A DNA stretch of 42,010 nucleotides from an uncultured Clostridia bacterium (GTDB lineage: Bacteria; Bacillota; Clostridia; TANB77; CAG-508), in assembly GCA_944392085.1 (NCBI GenBank), contig CALXVN010000001.1, positions 1-42,010 of the forward strand, written 5' to 3'. Below the pieces are notes generated by a model, which made no database searches, was not told the DNA's origin, and saw only the letters and a program-made list of their open reading frames with translations. The translations under genes were made by a program, and so were the position numbers. Below, in pieces: positions 17,938-26,746 of this stretch. The number at the start of each line of letters is the position of its first letter. Positions within the stretch are counted from its first letter, which is position 1.

Positions 17938-18814
17938 ATGGAAATAATAGATAGTATATTAGAAGTAATATTACCTTTTGAATTTATTAATTATGAATTT
18001 ATGAAAAATGCGTTAATCGCAATAATATTGATATCACCGATTTTTGCAATACTAGGAACAATGATAGTAAATAACAAAATGGCATTCTTTTCAGATGCAT
18101 TAGGGCATTCAGCACTAACAGGAATAGCACTTCGGAAGTTTAATTGGAATAAGTAATCTAAATATTGGAATGATAATATTTGCAATTGGTTTTGCACTTT
18201 TACTAAATTGGGTAAAAAATAAAACAACATATGGATCAGATACAATAATAAGTGTATTTTCATCAATTGCAATTGCTTTAGGACTTGCAATATTAGCACA
18301 AACAGGTAGCTTTAATCAGTATTCGAGCTATTTGGTAGGAGATATTTTAAGTATAACAGATTCAGAAATATTATATGTATTTTTAATTGCGATAGTTGTA
18401 TTAGTATTTTGGTATTTTACATTTAATAAATTACACTTAATAAGCATAAATTCAACACTTGCAAAGAGTAAAGGTGTAAAAACAAAAAAAATAGATAATA
18501 TTTTTGCTGTCTTAATTGCAATTGTAGTAATGATTTCAATTAGATGGATAGGAATATTATTAATAAATTCATTACTTATTTTACCAGCAGCATCAAGCAG
18601 AAACATTGCAAAAAATATGAGATTGTATCATTTATACGCAGTGCTATTCTCTTTATTCTCAGGTATAACAGGACTTATTTTATCATATTACTTTAATATA
18701 CCAACAGGACCAATGATAGTAATATTGTCTGGTGGAATTTATTTTATGACGTTAGCAGTAAAGGGAAAAGTATTAAATAAATTTAGTAAAGGAGAATTAA
18801 AAAATGGAGAATAA
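17938..18814 (+). CDS. Metal ABC transporter permease (ZnuB type), interrupted: frame break at CTT-CGG (18130-18135)
   Basis: ORF 17938-18156 ends ...FFSDALGHSALTGIAL-R-KFNWNK*. The +1 frame from 18134 reads GSLIGISNLNIGMIIFAIGF... and continues into ORF 18170-18814. Confidence 0.85.
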
Positions 18815-19313
18815 TATTGATTTAGAAAGGAGTCTAAAAAGATTAAAAACAAAAAGAAATTTATTAGTAGTAATATTAGTTGTAGAGTTAATAATAATTA
18901 CTTTATTAGTTAGAGGATTTTTGGAGAATCAAAATTATGAAGGAATAAGTATTAGGGAACAAGAAATAGATATTTATAACTATGAATTTGAAGTATATGG
19001 TGGTATAGTGAGAGGATCAAAAGCTAAGGCTTTGTGTGATAAGATAAAGAATCATAATCTTAGCGCTTCTGATGCTTCTCAGTTAATAGTATTAAAAGAA
19101 GGAAAAGTAGAAGAATCGGTAAAAGCACTAACAGAAGGGGATGACTTGTATTTAACAACAGAAGAATATATAAATAGTATAAAATTAAAAATTATGAGTG
19201 GTAAAACTTATAAAATTAGTTTTGAATATGATCCAGATACAGGAATGATTACAACAATAGGTATTGAAGAAATTGTTATAGAAGAAGGTGAAAATACTAA
19301 TGTTGAACAATGA
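18804..19313 (+). CDS. Hypothetical membrane-anchored protein (169 aa), start overlaps the permease stop
   Basis: ATGGAGAATAA overlap with the preceding stop. One N-terminal TM segment (LLVVILVVELIIITLLV). Confidence 0.6.
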   Translation: MENNIDLERSLKRLKTKRNLLVVILVVELIIITLLVRGFLENQNYEGISIREQEIDIYNYEFEVYGGIVRGSKAKALCDKIKNHNLSASDASQLIVLKEGKVEESVKALTEGDDLYLTTEEYINSIKLKIMSGKTYKISFEYDPDTGMITTIGIEEIVIEEGENTNVEQ

Positions 19314-20010
19314 AAAAGATGAAGAAGTTGAATTAAAAAAATACATAAAAGAAAAAAGAAGATTGATAATACAAATAATTATTCTTACAATATGTATAGT
19401 AGTGTTAACGTTTTTTCTTATAAGTATATATTATAGGAATAGGTCAATGCAGGATACGGCTCTTAAGCCAATAATATATATATATCCAGAAGAAAAAATG
19501 CAAATAAGCGTAAAGCTTGGAAAACCAGAAAAATTAACATGTACATATCCTAAATATACTGATGAGTGGAAAGTAATTGCAAATCCAGATGGAACTTTGG
19601 AAGATATAGCAACAGGAAGAGAATATTATTCTTTATATTGGGAAGGACTAGAATATAGTGCAGGAAAGAATATGCAAGAAGGATTTATAGTAAAAAATGA
19701 AGATATAGTTTATTTCTTAGAAGAAAAACTAGAAATATTAGGATTGAATGATATAGAAGCACAAGAATTTATTATATATTGGTTACCAAAGTTAGAACAA
19801 AATAATTATGTATATATAAGATTTAAAACTATGGAAGAAATAAATGAAGAAATGCCACTAATATTTAGTAAAAATCCAGATACATTAATAAGAATTATGA
19901 TGGAATGGAAAGGAATGGATAAGTATAAAGAAATTAAAGAGCAAAAATTGGAAAAGACAGAAAGAAACGGTTTTACAATTGTAGAATGGGGAGGAGTAGA
20001 AATAAAATAA
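19300..20010 (+). CDS. Hypothetical membrane-anchored protein (about 236 aa)
   Basis: One N-terminal TM segment, then a soluble domain (PIIYIYPEEK...). Overlaps the previous ORF. The start could be GTG 19288 or ATG 19300. Confidence 0.6.
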   Translation: MLNNEKDEEVELKKYIKEKRRLIIQIIILTICIVVLTFFLISIYYRNRSMQDTALKPIIYIYPEEKMQISVKLGKPEKLTCTYPKYTDEWKVIANPDGTLEDIATGREYYSLYWEGLEYSAGKNMQEGFIVKNEDIVYFLEEKLEILGLNDIEAQEFIIYWLPKLEQNNYVYIRFKTMEEINEEMPLIFSKNPDTLIRIMMEWKGMDKYKEIKEQKLEKTERNGFTIVEWGGVEIK

Positions 20011-20013
20011 AGA

Positions 20014-20047
20014 TGTCGCGAAAAGGCCTGTCCCTAACGCGACAAAA
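20014..20047. repeat. GGGACAGG-family hairpin immediately 5' of the trpS RBS
   Basis: TGTCGCG-AAAAGGCCTGTCCCTAA-CGCGACA. GCCTGTCCCTAACGCGACAAA is the reverse complement of the left arm at 1726-1747. Confidence 0.85.
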
Positions 20048-20058
20048 AGGAGAAGGTT

Positions 20059-21072
20059 ATGGAAAAGAAAAGAATTTTAACTGGTGATAGACCAACAGGA
20101 AGGTTACATATAGGACATTATTTTGGTTCATTACAAACTAGAGTAGAAATGCAAAATTCAGGTAAATATGATCCATACATATTAATTGCAGATGTGCAAG
20201 CTTTAACAGATAATTTTAATAATCCAGAAAAGGTTAGGAAAAATGTAAGAGAAGTTATGCTTGATTATTTATCTGTAGGAATTGACCCAGAAAAGACAAC
20301 CATATATATTCAGTCTATGATACCAGAGGTTGCTGAGCTTACAGTATTTTATTCTAATTTAGTTACTATTGCCCGTTTAGAGAGAAACCCAACTGTAAAA
20401 ACTGAAATAGCTCAAAAAAGAGAAATTTTTGGAGAGAGCGTTACTTATGGTTTTTTAGGGTATCCTGTAAGCCAAGCTGCAGATATAACTGCATTTGAAG
20501 GCGAATTAGTTCCAGTTGGAGAGGATCAGCTTCCTTTAATAGAACAATGTAGAGAGATAGTAAGAAAGTTTAATAGTATTTATGGAGAAGTTTTAACAGA
20601 ACCAGAAGCAGTACTATCTTCTTCAAAAAGAATAAAAGGATTAGATGGAAATGAAAAGATGGGTAAATCTTTAGGAAATGCTATATATCTTTCAGATTCG
20701 CCAGAAGAAATAACTAAAAAAGTAATGGGAGCAGTAACAGATCCTAACAGAATTAGAAAAGACGATAAAGGAAATCCTGATATATGTATGGTTGCATATT
20801 ATCATAATTTATTTACATCTAAGGAAGGATGCAAAAAGGTATGTGAAGAGTGTAAGCTAGGTGCAAGAGGTTGCGTGGCATGTAAAAAGGAACTTGCTAA
20901 AAATATAATTGACTTTTTAGAACCAGTAAGAGAAAAAAGAAAATATTATGAGGATAGACCAGAGATTGTAGATAAATTGTTGATAGAAGGTACAAAAAAG
21001 GCAAGAGAAACGGCAAAAGAGACAATGAAGAAAGTAAAACAAGCAATGAGATTAGATTATTTTGAAGTTTAA
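20059..21072 (+). CDS. trpS: Tryptophanyl-tRNA synthetase (Cys-cluster subclass)
   Basis: TGRLHIGHY (HIGH), KMGKS (KMSKS), 337 aa. Has a C-x21-C-x6-C-x2-C arrangement plus two more Cys in ...DICMVAYYHNLFTSKEGCKKVCEECKLGARGCVACKKE. Confidence 0.94.
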   Translation: MEKKRILTGDRPTGRLHIGHYFGSLQTRVEMQNSGKYDPYILIADVQALTDNFNNPEKVRKNVREVMLDYLSVGIDPEKTTIYIQSMIPEVAELTVFYSNLVTIARLERNPTVKTEIAQKREIFGESVTYGFLGYPVSQAADITAFEGELVPVGEDQLPLIEQCREIVRKFNSIYGEVLTEPEAVLSSSKRIKGLDGNEKMGKSLGNAIYLSDSPEEITKKVMGAVTDPNRIRKDDKGNPDICMVAYYHNLFTSKEGCKKVCEECKLGARGCVACKKELAKNIIDFLEPVREKRKYYEDRPEIVDKLLIEGTKKARETAKETMKKVKQAMRLDYFEV

Positions 21073-21077
21073 AAAAT

Positions 21078-21179
21078 AATTGCATTTTGGCGTTGTTACA
21101 TTTCGGCATACATTTAATCAACGTACAAAAAGTACGCCTCATAAATGTATGCCTCATGTGCCTAGCCAAAATAACAATT
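21078..21179 (+). repeat. About 100-nt nested imperfect palindrome after trpS (possible terminator or REP-like element)
   Basis: Pairs are ATTTTGGC/GCCAAAAT (21084-21091 / 21165-21172), GGCATACATTTA/TAAATGTATGCC (21105-21116 / 21142-21153) and CGTAC/GTACG (21122-21126 / 21132-21136). Confidence 0.6.
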
Positions 21180-21217
21180 CTTTTCTAAACTAAATATATA
21201 TAGAGAATGGAGAATAA

Positions 21218-22492
<1,275 letters not shown>

Positions 22493-22616
22493 ATGTTACG
22501 ATTTAATGTATTTAATAAAAATGAACATTAGAAAGCTAGATATATGTTTATTTTTCGAATTTTTTGTTCTTGTTGTCAAAGCCACAAATCATGCAAATAA
22601 AAATTTTTTTAAATAG

Positions 22617-22645
22617 TTGTATAAAAATTAAAAAAGTGCTAAAAT
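22617..22645 (+). promoter_or_regulatory. Putative promoter TTGTAT -17- TGcTAAAAT for the 311-aa ORF
   Basis: TTGTAT at 22617-22622, TG at 22637-22638, TAAAAT at 22640-22645. Confidence 0.45.
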
Positions 22646-22676
22646 AAAAGAAGTTCTAAAAAAGAACTTCTTTTTT
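22646..22676 (+). terminator. obg terminator (AAAAGAAGTTCT-AAAAA-AGAACTTCTTTT + TT)
   Basis: 12-bp stem with T-run. Confidence 0.75.
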
Positions 22677-22710
22677 AGAAAAAAGTATACCACAAGAAGG
22701 AGAGATTAAT

Positions 22711-23646
22711 ATGGTAGAAGATAATGAAATAAAGGCGGTAGTATCACCTTTTGCAGTAAGAGAAGGAGAAATTAAAACTTTTGATGGAAAAGATGGTTAT
22801 GTATCAATGAACCAAATTATACATAAGATAAATATCGGTCATATAAATGATTTACATTTTAAAATATTAGAAATTGTAAATGAATTTGAATTTATAACTT
22901 CAAGACAATTATATCAAATGCTTCAATGGAAAAATATTGAAATAGCATCACAGGATAAACTAAATAATAAATTGGATCAATTAATAAAATCTAAGATACT
23001 TACAAGATATTATTTTAAAGGCGAAGATGGAAAAGGAATTTATAGAATATATTGTTTGGAAAAAATGGGAAAATATTTACTAAATTCAAGAGGAATAGAA
23101 TGTAAATGGCAACCAACAGATAATACTAAACCAGTTCCAATGATAAAGAAAAGATTAGCCGGCAATCAAACTATTATAGCATATTTGAGAAAAGTAAAAG
23201 CATTTGATTCTTATACAGTAAAACCAACAATTACAGCTAAGCAAACAGGAAAAACATTTAAAGCTACTGGTGGAAGTGTAAAATTAACTAAAAATAATAA
23301 ATCAATAGAATTTTTATTTGAAGTAATAAGAAGAGAAGAAGATTGGGAAAAGAAATTAATTGAAAAAATGAAATTATATAAAGATTTTTACGATAATTTT
23401 ATAGTAGGAGATTCAGGTTTTAGTTCAATGCCACAGTTAATCTTGATTTGCGAAGATGATAAAAATATGGCAGAAACCTTTAAAACTATAATTATAAATA
23501 AAGTAGAAATTGACAAAATAAAATTATATTTTTCTACTGATTTAAGGCAAAATGAAGAAACATTACACAAAACTTTAGTAGAATTCAAATTAGAAAATGG
23601 AAAATATAAAATGGATAATGTAGAAGTAAAATTATTAGGAATATAA
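22711..23646 (+). CDS. 311-aa protein, wHTH N-terminal half plus FLFEV(I)R..E segment; resembles replication-relaxation (Replic_Relax) family proteins of plasmids and ICEs
   Basis: GAAGGAGAG RBS. The pattern ILEIVNEFEFITSRQLYQML...LIKSKILTRYY...IYRIYCLEKMGKYLL recalls that family. Assignment is from memory only. Confidence 0.5.
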   Translation: MVEDNEIKAVVSPFAVREGEIKTFDGKDGYVSMNQIIHKINIGHINDLHFKILEIVNEFEFITSRQLYQMLQWKNIEIASQDKLNNKLDQLIKSKILTRYYFKGEDGKGIYRIYCLEKMGKYLLNSRGIECKWQPTDNTKPVPMIKKRLAGNQTIIAYLRKVKAFDSYTVKPTITAKQTGKTFKATGGSVKLTKNNKSIEFLFEVIRREEDWEKKLIEKMKLYKDFYDNFIVGDSGFSSMPQLILICEDDKNMAETFKTIIINKVEIDKIKLYFSTDLRQNEETLHKTLVEFKLENGKYKMDNVEVKLLGI

Positions 23647-23650
23647 TAAA

Positions 23651-23686
23651 AAAAGTTGGTATTAATTTAAGCTAGTGCCAACTTTT
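23651..23686 (+). terminator. Weak terminator (AAAAGTTGG ... CCAACTTTT + TTGT)
   Basis: 9-bp stem with an 18-nt loop directly after the stop. Confidence 0.45.
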
Positions 23687-23790
23687 TTGTATATGAAAAA
23701 TCAAATTTTTACTTAATATTCCAGTATTTATTTTCGTATACAACAAGATTAATTCAGCCTTATACGGCAATACTTGATAATAATTCTGCA

Positions 23791-23835
23791 CCTTTGGACG
23801 TTGACGAAAGCATAGCTTTCGTCAACGTCCAAAGG
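23791..23835. repeat. Perfect 21-bp-arm GC-rich palindrome CCTTTGGACGTTGACGAAAGC-ATA-GCTTTCGTCAACGTCCAAAGG
   Basis: Arms at 23791-23811 and 23815-23835 are exact reverse complements. Lies 3' of the tiny minus-strand ORFs. Confidence 0.9.
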
Positions 23836-23883
23836 GAATAAAGATTAGGTAAAATATAAATGTATCAATAAATGTTTATAAGA

Positions 23884-24003
23884 CTAGCAACATCCACCTC
23901 TGTTACCACCACAGCAGCAACATATTAATATTAATACGATTATAATCCAGCAACAATCATCACCAAATCCAAAACCGCATCCACATCCTCTATTTTCTGG
24001 CAT
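23884..24003 (-). CDS. 39-aa Cys-rich single-TM peptide (MPENRGCGCGFGFGDDCCWIIIVLILICCCCGGNRGGCC); YjcZ-like tiny sporulation-type peptide; not in ORF track
   Basis: RBS AAGGGGGG lies 7 nt upstream of the ATG (complement of 24001-24003). Hydrophobic core flanked by Gly/Cys-rich ends. Confidence 0.65.
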   Translation of the reverse strand: MPENRGCGCGFGFGDDCCWIIIVLILICCCCGGNRGGCC

Positions 24004-24038
24004 ACATATCCCCCCTTTCAAAATAATTTTAATGTAAA

Positions 24039-24161
24039 TTAGCAACCACAAGAGTTGTTACAAGAATTACTACAACAGTTGTTACCTCCACAACAGAATA
24101 GTAGTAAGAATAGGATTATGAACCATAAAAGTTCGCCATTATTACAACAACAATTTCCCAT
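24039..24161 (-). CDS. 40-aa Cys-rich single-TM peptide (MGNCCCNNGELLWFIILFLLLFCCGGNNCCSNSCNNSCGC); paralogue of the preceding peptide; not in ORF track
   Basis: RBS GGAGG lies 7 nt upstream of the ATG (complement of 24159-24161). Same architecture as 23884-24003. Confidence 0.7.
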   Translation of the reverse strand: MGNCCCNNGELLWFIILFLLLFCCGGNNCCSNSCNNSCGC

Positions 24162-24293
24162 GTCTTAACCTCCTTAAAACTTTTTAATGTTTGTAAGTTC
24201 TTTAGTATGGTATATAGTATTCTAATTTTAAAATTTTGTTACAAATTATACAACTTAGTTACTATTCAGTGTATAAAATAAATATATACAAAT

Positions 24294-24379
24294 ATATCCG
24301 TCGCATCTTAGTCGGCCATGTACATTTTCTTTCTCCATGTATTCGAAAGAAAAGTACATGGAGAAAGAAAATATTAATA
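24294..24379 (+). repeat. Class-B repeat, copy A: conserved 5' TCCGTCGCATCTTAGTCGG followed by a hairpin
   Basis: About 66 nt align with 38320-38386, with differences concentrated in compensating stem positions. An alternative 18-bp perfect stem pairs 24324-24341 with 24355-24372. Confidence 0.85.
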
Positions 24380-24541
24380 AGTACGGGAAATTATTACCAA
24401 GCCGAACAGTAACACAACTTACACAAAAATCAAAAAAATTTCTAAAAAACTATACAAAAAATATATATTAATGATATAATTCTATGGAGTAAAAAAATAA
24501 ATTTTCGAAAGAGCTTTAATAAGGAGAGGAACAAATAAATA

Positions 24542-26728
24542 ATGGGAAATATAGTGTTATTAGATGATTTAACAATAAATAAAATTGCAGCAGGTGAGGT
24601 TATAGAAAGACCAGCATCAGTTGTAAAAGAATTAGTAGAAAATTCAATAGATGCAGGAGCAAATAAAATAACAATAGAAACAAAAAATGGTGGAATAACT
24701 TATATAAGAATAACAGATAATGGTAAAGGATTTTTACCAGATGATTTAGAAATAGCTTTTGAAAGACATGCAACAAGTAAAATAAGAGAGGCTCAAGATT
24801 TAGAAACAGTTACTTCAATGGGGTTTAGAGGTGAAGCTTTAGCTAGTATTGCAGCTATTAGTCATGTAGAGCTTGTATCTAAAACAGAGAATAATGAAAT
24901 TGGAAAGAAAATTGAAGTAAAAGGCGGAAATGTAATAAACATAGAAGATGCAGGATGCCCAAAAGGAAGCACAATTACTGTTACAGATTTATTTTACAAT
25001 ACCCCTGTTAGATATAAATTCTTGAAAAAAGATTTTACAGAAGCAGGATATATTGAAGATGTAGTTACAAGAATAGCTTTAGTACATCCAGAAATTTCAA
25101 TAAAGCTTATAAATTCTGGAAAAGTAATTATTCAAACTTCAGGAAATGGAGATATGAAATCAGTTATATATAATATTTATGGAAAAGATGTAGCTGAAAA
25201 TATAGTTCAAGTAAATTATGAATATGAAGATATTAAAGTAAGTGGAGTTGTTGGAAAACCAGTAATAGCTCGTTCAAATAGAGCAAATCAATTATTCTTT
25301 GTAAATAAAAGATATATAAAAGATAAAACACTAACAAGTGCTGCAGAACAAGGATATAAAGGACTTTTAACAATTGGAAAGTATGGCTTTTTAGTACTAA
25401 ATATGGAAATGAATCCTCAAAAAGTTGATGTAAATGTTCATCCTGCAAAATTAGAGGTTAGATTTGAAGATGAAAACAAAGTTTTCAAAGCTATATATCA
25501 TGCTATTAAAGATAGTCTTTTAAAAGAAGATTTAATTCCAGATAAAACAAAAATTGAATTAGATAAACAGGATAATACTTGGAAAATAAATGAAAATAAG
25601 ACACTTCCAAATATAGAAAACAAAAAAGAAGAGAAAAAAGATGAAGAACCAAAAATAGATATTTTAGCAGAGATAAATAAAATGCAGAATGCTTCAATTC
25701 CAGATTTATCAGAGATTATAGGAAAAGAACAAAAAGATGATTCTGCTAAAGAAAATATAGAAAATTTTAATGAAAACATAAAAGAAGAAGGACCTATAGC
25801 AAAATTAGGAGAATTATTTAACAAATTTAATAATAAAAACAAAGAAGAAGAACAAGAAGATGAAACTAAAAATTTTGTAAAACAGATATATGACAAAAAA
25901 GAAGAAAATGATTTAGAAGAAACTAAAAAAATTGATTTATCAGAAGTAAACGAAAAAATGAAAGAATTGGATAAATTAAAAATCGAACCAGATTATAAAG
26001 ATTTTGAAGAAATGTATGCTTTGACTTTTGGCAAAACTATAAAAGAAGAACCAAAGTTAGAAGAAGATTCTAAAGAATATATGGTAACAGAACAAGATTT
26101 AAAAACAGTTCAAAATGTATCTATTTTTGAAAAATTACCAAAGCAAGAGATTCCAAATTACAAATACATAGGAATTGCATTTTCAACATATATAATAATT
26201 GAAATGGAAGGAGAACTTTACATTATAGATCAACATGCAGCACATGAAAGAATAATGTATGAAAAAATTAAAGCAAATTACTATAGTGATGAAAATAAAG
26301 ATTCTCAATTAATGCTACTTCCAGATATAATAAATTTAAGTCATAAAGATATGCAAATTGCAAAAGACAATATGGAAATATTTGAAAAAGCTGGTTTTAT
26401 GTTAGAAGAATTTGGAGAAAATACGATAAAATTAAGTGGAGTTCCTACTGTATGTTTAGATTTAGATACAAAAGAGTTATTTTTAGAAACTTTAGATGAA
26501 ATAAATACAGTTGCAAGAACAGCAAAACAGGAGATAGAAGAAAAATTCATAGCAACAGTTGCGTGCAAAGCTGCTGTAAAAGCAAATATGGCACTTACCA
26601 AAGAAGAAGTGGACAACTTAATGAAGCAGTTATTGATATTACCAAATCCTTTTACTTGCCCACATGGAAGGCCAACAGCTATTAGAATGACAAAAACAGA
26701 TATAGAAAAGAAATTTTCAAGAAGATAA
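24542..26728 (+). CDS. mutL: DNA mismatch repair protein MutL
   Basis: GHKL N-terminus (AAGEVIERPASVVKELVENSIDAG), C-terminal DQHAAHERIMYE and CPHGRP motifs. The long Lys/Glu-rich linker explains the 728-aa length. Confidence 0.95.
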   Translation: MGNIVLLDDLTINKIAAGEVIERPASVVKELVENSIDAGANKITIETKNGGITYIRITDNGKGFLPDDLEIAFERHATSKIREAQDLETVTSMGFRGEALASIAAISHVELVSKTENNEIGKKIEVKGGNVINIEDAGCPKGSTITVTDLFYNTPVRYKFLKKDFTEAGYIEDVVTRIALVHPEISIKLINSGKVIIQTSGNGDMKSVIYNIYGKDVAENIVQVNYEYEDIKVSGVVGKPVIARSNRANQLFFVNKRYIKDKTLTSAAEQGYKGLLTIGKYGFLVLNMEMNPQKVDVNVHPAKLEVRFEDENKVFKAIYHAIKDSLLKEDLIPDKTKIELDKQDNTWKINENKTLPNIENKKEEKKDEEPKIDILAEINKMQNASIPDLSEIIGKEQKDDSAKENIENFNENIKEEGPIAKLGELFNKFNNKNKEEEQEDETKNFVKQIYDKKEENDLEETKKIDLSEVNEKMKELDKLKIEPDYKDFEEMYALTFGKTIKEEPKLEEDSKEYMVTEQDLKTVQNVSIFEKLPKQEIPNYKYIGIAFSTYIIIEMEGELYIIDQHAAHERIMYEKIKANYYSDENKDSQLMLLPDIINLSHKDMQIAKDNMEIFEKAGFMLEEFGENTIKLSGVPTVCLDLDTKELFLETLDEINTVARTAKQEIEEKFIATVACKAAVKANMALTKEEVDNLMKQLLILPNPFTCPHGRPTAIRMTKTDIEKKFSRR

Positions 26729-26746
26729 AACGAATTGGAGGCAAAT

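Noticed and set aside
20011-20058. Looked for a T-box leader upstream of trpS
   Set aside because: The gap is only 48 nt and has no GGTGGTACCGCG-like T-box sequence. It consists of the GGGACAGG-family hairpin and the RBS.
22544-22600. 18-aa Cys-rich ORF (MFIFRIFCSCCQSHKSCK) between obg and the 311-aa gene
   Set aside because: It has no convincing RBS (only GAAAG) and is very short. It was noted only because of the Cys-rich theme of the neighbouring tiny peptides.
22646-22676. Hairpin plus T-run just upstream of the 311-aa gene, considered as a transcription attenuator in its leader
   Set aside because: The best promoter (-10 at 22640-22645) would place the transcription start inside the 5' arm, so the hairpin could not form in that transcript. 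It is most simply the obg terminator.
24318-24377. Short ATG-initiated ORFs inside both class-B repeats (MYIFFLHVFERKVHGERKY and MHIFFLQEFKRKVHFLRATAV at 38341-38403)
   Set aside because: Neither has a Shine-Dalgarno sequence. The differences between the copies follow base-pairing rather than codon constraints, and the C-termini diverge completely.
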